Source: Christensenella sp. UBA1750 (GTDB taxonomy: Bacteria > Bacillota > Clostridia > Christensenellales > UBA1750). Taken from it: a stretch of DNA of 39,352 nt. The notes beneath the pieces were generated by a model that saw only the letters and a program-made list of their open reading frames with translations, searched no databases and was not told the origin of the DNA. The translations under genes were made by a program, and so were the position numbers. Of this stretch, positions 8,598-19,685 are shown one piece after another (position 1 is the stretch's first letter; each line of letters starts with the position of its first letter). The DNA lies in contig DCHO01000041.1 of assembly GCA_002315655.1 (NCBI GenBank), positions 13,099 to 52,450 on the forward strand. The letters are read 5' to 3'.

Positions 8598-9299
8598 TTG
8601 GCACATTGGTTTGCAAAACTCAATGAAACCTTCATCGCCACGGAGTATTGGACGCTGCTGGTGGACGGTTTCAAAAACACGATTATCATCACCTTAGGCG
8701 CTTTGGCCATCGGCGTGGTCATCGGTTCCATCATCGCCGTCATCAAGTATTTCGCCGAGGATTCCGAAGCCATGAAGCCGCTGGCCGCCATCTGCAATGT
8801 GTATGTCACCGTCATCCGCGGCATTCCCATGGTCGTGCTTCTGCTGGTGTTCTATTACATCATCATGAAGTCCTCCAACAACGGCGTGTTGGTCGCCATC
8901 ATCACCTTCGGCATCAACTCCGGCGCGTACATGGCCGAGCTCATGCGCTCCGGCCTTAACGCCGTGGACGCCGGGCAGATGGAAGCGGGTCGCTCTCTGG
9001 GTCTTTCCAAATTGCAGACCATGCGGAAAATCATCCTGCCCCAGGCTGTCCGCTACATTCTCCCCGCCATCGGCAATGAAATGGTCGCTCTGCTCAAGGA
9101 AACCTCCGTTGCGGGCTACGTCGCCGTGGTCGATCTGACCCGCGCCGGCAACCTCATCCGCAACAACACCTACGACGCCGTGAACCCCTTGATGGCCGTT
9201 GCGCTCATCTACCTGATTCTCGTTGTAGGCCTGTCCACCTTACTCGGCAAACTGGAAAGGAGGCTGACTCCCGTTGCTCAGCACAGAAAATCTCACTAA
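8598..9299 (+). CDS. Amino acid ABC transporter permease (HisM/GlnP type)
   Basis: [23 protein letters not shown] motif [16 protein letters not shown]. Start moved to TTG 8598 (RBS AGGAGG at 8583-8588). Confidence 0.93.
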   Translation: MAHWFAKLNETFIATEYWTLLVDGFKNTIIITLGALAIGVVIGSIIAVIKYFAEDSEAMKPLAAICNVYVTVIRGIPMVVLLLVFYYIIMKSSNNGVLVAIITFGINSGAYMAELMRSGLNAVDAGQMEAGRSLGLSKLQTMRKIILPQAVRYILPAIGNEMVALLKETSVAGYVAVVDLTRAGNLIRNNTYDAVNPLMAVALIYLILVVGLSTLLGKLERRLTPVAQHRKSH

Positions 9300-9996
9300 G
9301 TCTTTCGGCTCCAACCACGTTCTTCGTGGCATCAATGTGGAAATCAACAAGGGCGACGTGGTATGTGTCATCGGTCCCTCCGGCTCCGGCAAGTCCACCT
9401 TCCTGCGCTGCCTGAATCTACTGGAAAAGCCCTCCGGCGGCAAGATCATCTTTGAAGGCGACGATCTGACCGCGAAAAAGGTCGATCTTGACCTGCACCG
9501 TCAGAAAATGGGCATGGTTTTCCAGCAATTCAACCTTTTCCCGCACATGACTGTGCTGGAAAACATGACCTGCGCGCCCCTCATGCTCAAAAAAGCCACC
9601 AAGGAACAGGCCGAAAAGAAGGCCATGGAATTACTCGAGCGTGTCGGGCTGGCGGACAAGGCCAAGGCTTACCCCGCGACCCTCTCCGGCGGACAGAAGC
9701 AGCGTGTCGCCATCGTCCGCGCCCTGTGCATGGAACCCGATGTGATGCTCTTTGACGAGCCCACCTCTGCCCTCGACCCCGAAATGGTCGGCGAAGTGCT
9801 GGACGTTATGAAGGAGCTGGCACAGGCCGGCATGACCATGGTGGTCGTCACGCACGAAATGGGCTTTGCAAGAGAGGTTTCCAACCGCGTACTCTTCTTG
9901 GATGAAGGCATCATTATGGAGCAGGGCTCGCCCGAGGAAGTCTTCTCCCATCCCAAGAGCGAACGCCTGCAATCCTTCCTCAACAAGGTTCTGTAA
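9274..9996 (+). CDS. Amino acid ABC transporter ATPase (GlnQ type)
   Basis: Walker [29 protein letters not shown]; TTG start with AAGGAGG, overlapping the permease by 26 nt. Confidence 0.95.
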   Translation: MLSTENLTKSFGSNHVLRGINVEINKGDVVCVIGPSGSGKSTFLRCLNLLEKPSGGKIIFEGDDLTAKKVDLDLHRQKMGMVFQQFNLFPHMTVLENMTCAPLMLKKATKEQAEKKAMELLERVGLADKAKAYPATLSGGQKQRVAIVRALCMEPDVMLFDEPTSALDPEMVGEVLDVMKELAQAGMTMVVVTHEMGFAREVSNRVLFLDEGIIMEQGSPEEVFSHPKSERLQSFLNKVL

Positions 9997-10011
9997 ACAG
10001 GAGGAATCCCT

Positions 10012-11001
10012 ATGTTTTCTTTAGAAGGCAAGCATTTTCTGACCCTGCTGGATTTCACCCCGCAGGATATTGACAATCTTCTGAATTTAGCCGCCGATTT
10101 GAAGGCAAAAAAGACGAACCATATTCCCCACAGGCTTTGCGAGGGAAAAAATGTGGCACTCGTCTTTGAAAAGACCTCTACCCGCACCCGCTGCGCCTTC
10201 GAGGTCGCCGCGGCGGACTTGGGAATGCACCCGGTCTACCTCGACCCTGTTTCCTCCCAATTAGGCAAAAAGGAGTCCATCGCGGACACCGCACGGGTCT
10301 TGGGCAGAATGTTTGAGGGCATCGAGTATCGCGGCTTTGAGCAGTCCCGCGTGGAAGCGCTGGCGCAATACGCCGGAGTTCCCGTGTGGAACGGCCTCAC
10401 CAACGAATATCATCCCACGCAGATTTTAGCTGACCTGCTCACAATCCGCGAGCACTTTGGCGAACTCAAGGGCAAAAAGCTGGTCTATTTCGGGGACGCC
10501 CGCTACAACATGGGCAATTCCTTAATGATCGGCTGCGCGAAGATGGGAATGCACTTTGTCGCCTGCTCCAATCCCAAGTATTTCCCGAATCAGGAGCTCA
10601 TCGACAAATGCAAGACCATCGCCAAGGAAACCGGCGCGGTGCTGGAATTTGTCACCGATCCGAAAGCCGCCGCAATCGGTGCGGACGTGCTCTACACCGA
10701 TGTGTGGGTCTCCATGGGCGAGGCGGCGGAATTGTGGGAGGAACGCATCCACGACCTGCTACCCTATCAGGTGACGCAGGAGCTCATGGACATTGCCGGG
10801 AAAAACGCCCGCTTCATGCATGACCTTCCCTCCTTCCACGATCTGGAAACCGCCATCGGCAGGGAAATCTACGATAAATTCGGACTTTCCTCCATGGAGG
10901 TCACGAACGAGGTCTTTGAAGGCAGGCAGTCCATCGTCTTTGACGAGGCGGAAAACCGGATGCACACCATCAAGGCCGTCATGGCGGCAACATTATCCTA
11001 A
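10012..11001 (+). CDS. argF: Ornithine carbamoyltransferase
   Basis: [20 protein letters not shown]; HDLP in place of the usual HCLP. Confidence 0.92.
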   Translation: MFSLEGKHFLTLLDFTPQDIDNLLNLAADLKAKKTNHIPHRLCEGKNVALVFEKTSTRTRCAFEVAAADLGMHPVYLDPVSSQLGKKESIADTARVLGRMFEGIEYRGFEQSRVEALAQYAGVPVWNGLTNEYHPTQILADLLTIREHFGELKGKKLVYFGDARYNMGNSLMIGCAKMGMHFVACSNPKYFPNQELIDKCKTIAKETGAVLEFVTDPKAAAIGADVLYTDVWVSMGEAAELWEERIHDLLPYQVTQELMDIAGKNARFMHDLPSFHDLETAIGREIYDKFGLSSMEVTNEVFEGRQSIVFDEAENRMHTIKAVMAATLS

Positions 11002-11009
11002 AAGCATCA

Positions 11010-11047
11010 AAAAATGAACCTCTCAAAAGCATGAGGGGTTCATTTTT
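11010..11047. terminator. Bidirectional intrinsic terminator
   Basis: aaaaatgaacctctca / tgaggggttcattttt between convergent genes. Confidence 0.85.
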
Positions 11048-11051
11048 CATA

Positions 11052-12227
11052 TTACAGTGTGAATTTCGCAAGCCGGATGTGCTGCCGGTTGACCGTGTAG
11101 CTCATGCCCAAGCTGCCGTCGTCGCAGTAGCTTATGAAGGGATAGAAGCAGGAGGAGTGCATCTTGGCTTGCAGCACGACCTCGGACTTGGCAATGTCCT
11201 CCGTGTCCACGCGCAGGATGCCGATGTGCTCCCGGTCAATGGGGGCATGGAACAAATACAACTGCCCGCTATGCACGATGAAGTCCCCGCGGGACTGGGA
11301 ATCCTCCACCAGCACGGGCGTTTCCCAGGTCTTGCTTTTCAGGTCGTAAGTCGTCAGGAAGCCGTATTTGCTGGTCTCCGCATACTGCCGCACGAAGTAG
11401 AATACCTTATCGCCGATGACGTAGGTGGCGTTCTCCCACTCAGATTCGTTGGGGAAGTCCGGCTGGGAAACGTATTCCCATGTGATGAAGTCGCGGCTCT
11501 TGATGATGCAGGTGAACGCGCCGGAATACGCCCCGGTGTAGTACCACGTTTCGCCGTTCTCGATGTGCGTGGAGGTTTTCTGCATGATGCCGATGTCGCT
11601 GAACATTTCTTTGTAGCCGATGCCGTTTATCGACAGCGCGTTCTGAATGCCGCTGCGGGAGAAGTCGTTGACCACATCCCCGACACGGAAGCGGTTGACC
11701 TCCACAGCCCCCATTTCCTGCGTGTTCAGGTCGAAGGTGCGATAGAGGCGGTAGTAGTTCCCGGAAACCTCCGCCGTCCAGAGGATCATGGCGGTGTCCT
11801 CATCCTTCTGCATGAGGATGGTGTCATAGACTAAATTGACCTTGCCGTCATAGCAGTCCTCGCCCACCGCCTGCACATCCAGATAGGTCTTATTTTCCGG
11901 GTCGTCCACCGGGCAATAGACGATGCGCGCCCGCTGGTAGTTCGGGTCTTCCGCATTACCGAAAATGTTGGCATAGTAGGTCATGTAGATCATGCCCTTG
12001 TGATAGAGGAAGGTCGAAACGTGCACCATTTTGTCGCCGGGCTTCTCAAAGTCCGCGACCCACCTTTTTTCGATCTCGTCCGCAAAGGCGATGCCTTTTG
12101 CTTTGGCTTCCTCCGAAATCTCGGTGGAAATAATGCGCTGGGATTCCGCAATCGGGGTGCGGGGGTAGAGAATGTGCGGCCTATCGCTCACCGTATCTTC
12201 GGAAAAAATCGTTGTTCTCATGTTCAT
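11052..12227 (-). CDS. Hypothetical protein, probable beta-propeller glycosidase-like
   Basis: 391-aa ORF with RBS GGAGGGAG; aromatic beta-strand pattern, one Asp-box-like SRDFITW, WENATY, FVRQ, C-terminal FYP. The fold is an inference. Confidence 0.6.
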   Translation of the reverse strand: MNMRTTIFSEDTVSDRPHILYPRTPIAESQRIISTEISEEAKAKGIAFADEIEKRWVADFEKPGDKMVHVSTFLYHKGMIYMTYYANIFGNAEDPNYQRARIVYCPVDDPENKTYLDVQAVGEDCYDGKVNLVYDTILMQKDEDTAMILWTAEVSGNYYRLYRTFDLNTQEMGAVEVNRFRVGDVVNDFSRSGIQNALSINGIGYKEMFSDIGIMQKTSTHIENGETWYYTGAYSGAFTCIIKSRDFITWEYVSQPDFPNESEWENATYVIGDKVFYFVRQYAETSKYGFLTTYDLKSKTWETPVLVEDSQSRGDFIVHSGQLYLFHAPIDREHIGILRVDTEDIAKSEVVLQAKMHSSCFYPFISYCDDGSLGMSYTVNRQHIRLAKFTL

Positions 12228-12242
12228 TTTACTCCCTCCATT

Positions 12243-13022
12243 TTATTTCTCGCCAAACAGATGCACATCCAACTGGTTGAAGGGCACCTCGATGCCTGCG
12301 TTGTGCAGCCCGTCCTGAATCTTCGCCAGAGCCATGCGCCGCACGTCAAACCGCTCCTTGGGCTTGCGGCGGACGCGGATTTTGTAGAGAATGGAGGAAT
12401 CCTTGAAGTCCTCCGTGCCCAAATACGCACATTCCTCCACACTTTCCAGCGCGGAAATATCGTTTGCCACGCTTTTCAACGTCTGATGCACAAGAAGTAC
12501 GTCCTCCTGATAGGACAGCGGCACATCCACATCAAAAACGCCGGAGAGGACTTTTACCTGATCCACATCCCGGTTGCACAGCACAAAAACACTGCCGGTC
12601 TCCAATTCCCGAATCTTCGTGGTCTGCAGGTTCATCACCTCCACAACGCCGATGACCCCGGAATATTCCACCACATCGCCCACCACAAAGAAGCGATCCG
12701 CCAGCATATGAATGCCCATGATGATGTCCCGCATCGGGTCCTGCAGCGCAAGGCCAACCACCACGGACACCAGCCCCAAGGAGGTCACAAGGGAGGATAC
12801 GTCAATGCCGTTGCTCTGCAAAATGACCACCACCGCACCGATAACAATCAGCACCTTTACGGCGTCAAAGCCCACGCGCACCAGCGTCTGCTTGTCCTTG
12901 AGCGGGGAAGTCTGTATCTTTTTGCTGCTCCTGCGATACGCCGCGCAGGTAATGAAAAACAGCGCCAGCGCAATGAGCAGCACCACATTGGTCGAAATGA
13001 TTTTCTGCCAAAATTCCGTCAT
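12243..13022 (-). CDS. Small-conductance mechanosensitive channel (MscS family)
   Basis: Three hydrophobic segments, GLALQD..RDIIMG, FVVGDVV, TTKIR, GIEVPFNQLDV. Start moved to ATG 13022 (RBS GAGGAA). Confidence 0.9.
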   Translation of the reverse strand: MTEFWQKIISTNVVLLIALALFFITCAAYRRSSKKIQTSPLKDKQTLVRVGFDAVKVLIVIGAVVVILQSNGIDVSSLVTSLGLVSVVVGLALQDPMRDIIMGIHMLADRFFVVGDVVEYSGVIGVVEVMNLQTTKIRELETGSVFVLCNRDVDQVKVLSGVFDVDVPLSYQEDVLLVHQTLKSVANDISALESVEECAYLGTEDFKDSSILYKIRVRRKPKERFDVRRMALAKIQDGLHNAGIEVPFNQLDVHLFGEK

Positions 13023-13103
13023 ATTCTTTCCTCGATCAATCCTTTTGAAATCCACGCTTATCATAGCACAGATTCATCCGGCAAACAATAGGCAAACGCA
13101 GGA

Positions 13104-13132
13104 TTGACAAGCGCGGGATTTCATTGTATCTT
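13104..13132 (+). promoter_or_regulatory. sigmaA promoter
   Basis: TTGACA (13104-13109), 17 nt, TATCTT (13127-13132). Confidence 0.6.
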
Positions 13133-13159
13133 ATAGAAAAAATGCAAGGAGCAAATTCT

Positions 13160-14275
13160 ATGAAGAAGCTGAACGCAACGGCAAAAACCATTGTCTGTGA
13201 AAACAAATACTCTCCCTTCCGCTATTTCGGCTGGCCGACGGTGGCGCGGCTGCAAAACGGCGACCTTGCCATGACCTGCTCCGGGCTGCGCCTCAAGCAC
13301 GTCTGCCCCTTCGGAAAGGTCATCATGTGCGTAAGTAAGGACGAGGGCAAAACGTGGAGCACCCCGTCCATCATCATCGACACGCCGCTGGACGACCGCG
13401 ATTCCGGCGTGCTGGCCTTTGGAGAGAACCGCGTGCTGGTCACATCCTTCAACAATATGCCCGCCTTCCAGAAGCAGAACAACGCGCAGACTTCCGGCGA
13501 GCACTCCCCGCGCAACCTTGCCGAAAAGCAGCTCATTGACGCCTGCGCCGACCACGCCGAGGCCTTCGGCCAGTATGAAAACCTGTTGGGCTCCACCTAT
13601 CGCATAAGTTCCGACGGCGGCGTGACCTTCGGGGAAATCAAGCTCTCCCCCGTCACCGCGCCCCATGGCCCCATTCTGCTGCACGATGGCACCGTGCTGT
13701 ATGTGGGCAGCCGCTTTGACGGCGACTATGACCGGGTGTGGAAGCCGCATTTGGCCGTCTGCAAGCTCAACGACAAGGACGAGTTTGACATCATTTCCGC
13801 CATTCCCGACTGCATTTGCGGGGATGAGCCCGTACTCTCCTGCGAACCCCACGCCATCGAGACGAAGGACGGCACGATTTTAGTGCACATTCGCGTCCAG
13901 CGCGGCGGCGACAATCCCATATTCACCGTCTTTCAGACAGAATCCCACGACGGCGGTCTCACCTTCACCACACCGCACCGGCTTCTTTCCGACAAAGGCG
14001 GCTCTCCCGCGCACCTGATGTGCCATTCCTCCGGCGTGCTCATCTCGACCTACGGCTACCGTGAAGCCCCCTACGGCGAGCGCGTGATGTTCTCCTACGA
14101 CGGCGGAAAGACCTGGGACACCGAATGGATTCTGGACGACACCGCGCCCTCGCCCGATTTGGGCTACCCCGCCACGGTGGAGCTCTCCGACGGCAGACTG
14201 CTCACGGTCTTCTATGAGAACACCGGCGACGCCTCCCCCATCTTCCAACAGATCTGGGAGCTGCCGAACAAGTAA
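13160..14275 (+). CDS. BNR/Asp-box sialidase-fold protein, no obvious signal peptide
   Basis: YFGWPTVARL, Asp boxes SKDEGKTW, SSDGGVTF, SHDGGLTF, SYDGGKTW; DDRD, CEPH, YGYR, DLGYP. Start moved to ATG 13160 (RBS AAGGAG). Confidence 0.82.
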   Translation: MKKLNATAKTIVCENKYSPFRYFGWPTVARLQNGDLAMTCSGLRLKHVCPFGKVIMCVSKDEGKTWSTPSIIIDTPLDDRDSGVLAFGENRVLVTSFNNMPAFQKQNNAQTSGEHSPRNLAEKQLIDACADHAEAFGQYENLLGSTYRISSDGGVTFGEIKLSPVTAPHGPILLHDGTVLYVGSRFDGDYDRVWKPHLAVCKLNDKDEFDIISAIPDCICGDEPVLSCEPHAIETKDGTILVHIRVQRGGDNPIFTVFQTESHDGGLTFTTPHRLLSDKGGSPAHLMCHSSGVLISTYGYREAPYGERVMFSYDGGKTWDTEWILDDTAPSPDLGYPATVELSDGRLLTVFYENTGDASPIFQQIWELPNK

Positions 14276-14283
14276 ACAGCCGC

Positions 14284-14323
14284 AAAAATCCCGCCCTGAA
14301 AATAACCAGAGCGGGACTTTTTT
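14284..14323. terminator. Bidirectional intrinsic terminator
   Basis: aaaaa-tcccgccctg...cagagcggga-ctttttt between convergent genes. Confidence 0.75.
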
Positions 14324-14325
14324 AC

Positions 14326-16656
14326 CTATAATTCAACGATTTTTCCTTTGATTTCGTTATTTCCGTCGCAGAGCCACACATCCACGCGGTAATCCTTCCT
14401 GCTTTCGTCCAAGCCGATGACGCGAACGGAAAGCTCCTTCCCGATCAGGTTTTCCTGCACGGGGAAATAGTAGGTGTAGCCGGACTCGCACTTCATGGAC
14501 ACATTGACCGGGGCTTCCCACACGTTCGACAAGTAAGACGGGGCACGGTCGGGACAGGCGTAGGTCTTTCCCTCGCAGGAAATCACGGCATATGCGCCTT
14601 CGTTGCCGTGTACACCCTCCAGCGCGACGGAGAGATAGCAGCCGGAACGGTAATCTTCCGCAGAAACCGTGACCGTGCCCTGCTTTTCGTATGCGGGAAC
14701 ACTTGCAAAGGGCAGCAGGTTGTTGACCTTCGGATTTTGCAGAATCACGCGCTTTCCCTCCTTCACAAGGGAAATGCGATAAATTCTGTCCGGCGGCTCC
14801 GGCAGCTTGAAGTAACGGAATGTGGCGTTTACGGGGTAAGTCACCACGCGGCGGCGGCCTGTGGAGGTCAGAATGTTGTTGACAGTCTGGGTCACAACGC
14901 CCATTTGCGCCGCGCCCACGGTCGAAACCGTTTCCAGCGTGGTTTCCGTCCAGTTTTTCAGGTCGGCAGAAATCGCACCGTAGGGCGGGATATGCTGTTT
15001 GGGCAGCTCGGGATAAATGGGCGTGTCGCAGTCGAAATACTCGATTTCAATCGCATCCGCCTCATATTCCCCGCCGAAATCCACCCGCAGACAGCCGCCG
15101 TCCTTGCGGATGCCGGAAAAGCGCAAGGTCTTGGAAACACCGTCAAAGAAGGTATCAGGGTTATCGTCAAAAGCGAAGCGGCTTTCCAGCCCGCGCAGAA
15201 CGTAGGTGTCCTGCTTGAAGAACGCATCCCGGGCAGCCTGCACCTCTGGGATGTTTGTTGCCCCGGAGCGGCGCAGGGAGCGGGCTTCCAACGAATCGTG
15301 ATCCTGCGTAAATCTCGCAAGCTCCAAATCACGAGCGGCGTTCTCGTCGCAGGGCAGGGCTTCTTCAAACGAACCTAACTTAATGGGAGAGCGGAGAGTG
15401 TTGTCAAAGGTTGCATCCGCAACGATTTTCGCCTTGGTCACTCTGCCGTTTTCATCCTCGCGCAGCACCTCATATTTGCAGTTTTGCAGCATGGGTTCGG
15501 CAATGCTCGCGTCACAGGCTTCGATGAGACAGGCGCGGAAGGGCAGCACGGGAATGTCCGCAACCGCGCCGTAGTCGAACAGCCCTAAATCCTGTTCGTA
15601 TGGGAAATGCACCCGCAGCGCAACCTTTTCGCACGGGGCAAGGCCGATTCCCCTGTCCAACCGGGCGTGAATGTTCACCGTCTCCCATGTGGAATTGCCG
15701 CAGGTGATGAACCGCCGCTTTTCGTCCCCACGGGACACGGCGTTTTCGGGATAATTGTACCCCGGCAGCAGCATCCCCGTAACCAGTATGTCGCGGTATT
15801 TGCGGTGCAGGTTGTAGATGCGGGCGAGCTTGGCCTGTTCGTCGTCCCGCAGCAGCCACGGATTGCCGTAGATTTCGGGAGCCAAGATCAGCCCGCGCCC
15901 GAAGGCCTGAATGATGAGTTCATCCTCGAAAAAGTCAAGACAGGAGGACAGGCAAACGCCGTGATCCTCCGTGAGCCGCCGCAGCCCCGGCACATTGCCG
16001 CGGGAGGCGAAATACCCTCTGTGGTGCGGCGCGGTGCCCTCGTTTCCGATGTGCACATCCACATAGGTTTCCTTGCCGCCCCACAGGAAGGTGGTGGCGT
16101 ACTTAATGCCCTCCTCGCCCAAATCGAGGCGGTGGTTAAGCAGAATCAGGTCGGGGGAATATTTGCGGCAAGCCTTCATCATCTCGATGAAGTGCGGGCG
16201 GTTCTCCTCTTTCAGTCTGCCACACACCTGATCGAACTTGAACAGGGCAAAATGATAGTCCTTGCACAAGGAAACCATCTGTTTTTTGCGCTTTTCGGCC
16301 GTCTCGGGATCGTTCCCGAAGCCGTCCGGCCCGCCCCACACGCCCATGCGGATGCCCAGCTCCTTGGCCTTTTCCACCACGGGCGCATAGCCGTTGGGAT
16401 ATTGCTTTTTAAGCTTTTCGGACTCGTCAAAAATCTCATAGGTCTGGGCGCTGCCGTCCAGATTCCCCGCATCCCATGCGTAAATCTCGATCTGCATCCC
16501 GTAGGTGTCGTGCATATAGCGGAAATAATCCAAGTTGATGAGGGTCTGTTCCTCGGTGGAGCCCTCGTTTGTGTTGTTGATCCAGGAAAAATACTCCGGG
16601 CGAGAGGGGGTGCGCTCGTCCGCGCCCGCCATGCGGGCATCCTTTTCGGTGTTCAT
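14326..16656 (-). CDS. Large uncharacterised protein, probable clan GH-D-like TIM-barrel glycosidase with a discoidin-like C-terminal domain
   Basis: 776 aa, RBS AAGGAG. YFSW, IYAWDAG, GIRMGVWGGPD and FALFKFD echo GH27/GH36 barrel motifs; AFDDNPDTF..LRVDFG echoes F5/8-type domains. Confidence 0.6.
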   Translation of the reverse strand: MNTEKDARMAGADERTPSRPEYFSWINNTNEGSTEEQTLINLDYFRYMHDTYGMQIEIYAWDAGNLDGSAQTYEIFDESEKLKKQYPNGYAPVVEKAKELGIRMGVWGGPDGFGNDPETAEKRKKQMVSLCKDYHFALFKFDQVCGRLKEENRPHFIEMMKACRKYSPDLILLNHRLDLGEEGIKYATTFLWGGKETYVDVHIGNEGTAPHHRGYFASRGNVPGLRRLTEDHGVCLSSCLDFFEDELIIQAFGRGLILAPEIYGNPWLLRDDEQAKLARIYNLHRKYRDILVTGMLLPGYNYPENAVSRGDEKRRFITCGNSTWETVNIHARLDRGIGLAPCEKVALRVHFPYEQDLGLFDYGAVADIPVLPFRACLIEACDASIAEPMLQNCKYEVLREDENGRVTKAKIVADATFDNTLRSPIKLGSFEEALPCDENAARDLELARFTQDHDSLEARSLRRSGATNIPEVQAARDAFFKQDTYVLRGLESRFAFDDNPDTFFDGVSKTLRFSGIRKDGGCLRVDFGGEYEADAIEIEYFDCDTPIYPELPKQHIPPYGAISADLKNWTETTLETVSTVGAAQMGVVTQTVNNILTSTGRRRVVTYPVNATFRYFKLPEPPDRIYRISLVKEGKRVILQNPKVNNLLPFASVPAYEKQGTVTVSAEDYRSGCYLSVALEGVHGNEGAYAVISCEGKTYACPDRAPSYLSNVWEAPVNVSMKCESGYTYYFPVQENLIGKELSVRVIGLDESRKDYRVDVWLCDGNNEIKGKIVEL

Positions 16657-16677
16657 GGTCGTTGCTCCTTCAAAACA

Positions 16678-17163
16678 TCAGTCGATAAACGCCCAGTTCA
16701 GCAGCTCGTTGGCCTCCACCACGGGCTTGACATAGCGGGGCTGATCGGAAAACACCTTGGTCAGCGTCAGCATTTCACCATCCCGCTTTGCACCCTCAAA
16801 GCCGTGGCGGGCGAAAACGTGCAGAGGCAGATAGCTGCCGGAATGGATGGTGGCGTGCGCCGTTTCGATGCGGTTCTCAAACGCCCAGTCCTCCAGCATG
16901 GCAAAGAGCATCTTGGCAATGCCGCGGTTCTGATGCGCAAGGTCGATGCCCAGCATCACGTCGCAATCCTCCCCATTTGCGGAAACAAAGGCAAACAGCC
17001 CATCATTCTCCGCCGCAACCGCCAAAAAACCGTCCTCTCCCGGCATTTTCATTTTGGAAAAGCGTTCCTTTTTCCCTGCGGGCAGGGGATTTTCCTCGTC
17101 CAGTTTATTCAGTAGCTTGTTTAGTTCGTTTCTGTCTTCCGAAGTTGCAATGCGCAGTATCAT
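16678..17163 (-). CDS. GNAT-family N-acetyltransferase
   Basis: ILRIATSED start, acetyl-CoA motif HQNRGIAKML, FARHGF; RBS AAGGAGG. Confidence 0.85.
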   Translation of the reverse strand: MILRIATSEDRNELNKLLNKLDEENPLPAGKKERFSKMKMPGEDGFLAVAAENDGLFAFVSANGEDCDVMLGIDLAHQNRGIAKMLFAMLEDWAFENRIETAHATIHSGSYLPLHVFARHGFEGAKRDGEMLTLTKVFSDQPRYVKPVVEANELLNWAFID

Positions 17164-17229
17164 AAAAGTCCTCCTTTTGACCGTTTGTAAAAGGTTCTAT
17201 ACAGGATATGATACCACAAACGGGCGCAG

Positions 17230-17266
17230 AAAAAAAGGGCTCGGCTCCCATTCGGAACCGAACCCT
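17230..17266 (-). terminator. Intrinsic terminator after gdhA
   Basis: Minus strand agggttcggttcc-gaatg-ggagccgagccct followed by a T-run. Confidence 0.85.
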
Positions 17267-17289
17267 CATATTTATTCTTTTGCGCGAGG

Positions 17290-18758
<1,469 letters not shown>

Positions 18759-18794
18759 CTGTTTCTGTCGGTTTATGCAAGTCGTGCTTTCACA

Positions 18795-19643
18795 TTACAC
18801 GCCGGAGTACGCGGAGAAGCCGCCGTCGATGGGCAGGACAACGCCGGTGATAAAGGAGGCAGCATCGTTGTTGAGCAGGAACAAGAGCGCGCCGGAGAGC
18901 TCCTCTGCCTTGCCGAAGCGTCCCATGGGCGTGGCGGCTAAGATCTTGCCGGTTCTGGGGGTGGGGGTGCCGTCCTCGTTGAAGAGCAGCTTCTGATTCT
19001 GCTTGGTGACGAAGAACCCGGGCGCGATGGCATTGACGCGGATGCCCACCTTGGAGAAGTGCACAGCGAGCCACTGGGTAAAGTTGGAAATGGCGGCCTT
19101 CGCGCCGGAATAGGCGGGAATCTTGGTCAAGGGAGTAAAAGCGTTCATGGAAGAAATGTTTAAGATGTTGCAGCCTTCCTTGCCCATCATCTGCGGCGCA
19201 AAGGCCTGTGTGGGAATCAGTGTGCCCAGGAAGTTCAGGTTGAAGACGAAGGAAACACCGTCCGCTTCCAGGTCGAAGAAGGACTTGGTATCGGCGTCAA
19301 TGTCGCCCGCCTCGTAGTATTCCTTGTCGGTGGTGGCGCGGGGATTGTTGCCGCCCGCACCGTTGATGAGAATGTCACAGTCGCCAAGATCATTCTTCAC
19401 AGTAGCGGCCACGGATAAGCAATCCGCCTTATCCAGCACGTTGCACTTATAGGCCTTGGCAACGCCGCCTTCGGCAACGATTTCCTTGGCTACGGCATCG
19501 GCAGCATCTAAGTTAATGTCCAGCAGTGCGACCTTCGCGCCCGCGTTAGCTAAGATCTTAGAGAAATTGGAGCAGAGCACGCCGCCCGCGCCGGTGACAA
19601 CGGCAACCTTGCCGGAAAGATCGGTATTGATCACGTTTTTCAT
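18795..19643 (-). CDS. uxuB: SDR-family D-mannonate oxidoreductase (fructuronate reductase)
   Basis: VTGAGGVL, INGAGGN, SSMNAFTPLTKIPAYSGAKAA typical of the Firmicutes SDR-type UxuB; directly downstream of uxuA. Confidence 0.85.
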   Translation of the reverse strand: MKNVINTDLSGKVAVVTGAGGVLCSNFSKILANAGAKVALLDINLDAADAVAKEIVAEGGVAKAYKCNVLDKADCLSVAATVKNDLGDCDILINGAGGNNPRATTDKEYYEAGDIDADTKSFFDLEADGVSFVFNLNFLGTLIPTQAFAPQMMGKEGCNILNISSMNAFTPLTKIPAYSGAKAAISNFTQWLAVHFSKVGIRVNAIAPGFFVTKQNQKLLFNEDGTPTPRTGKILAATPMGRFGKAEELSGALLFLLNNDAASFITGVVLPIDGGFSAYSGV

Positions 19644-19685
19644 GTCGGTTTTCCTCCGTATGTTTCCACATTTTCTGTTGTTCTT

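Noticed and set aside
15607-17115. 502-aa + strand ORF, and other long antisense ORFs such as 12000-13091, 2203-3084, 37229-38188 and 522-1355
   Set aside because: They lie opposite well-supported genes and show no recognisable motifs; these are typical shadow ORFs from GC-rich codon bias.
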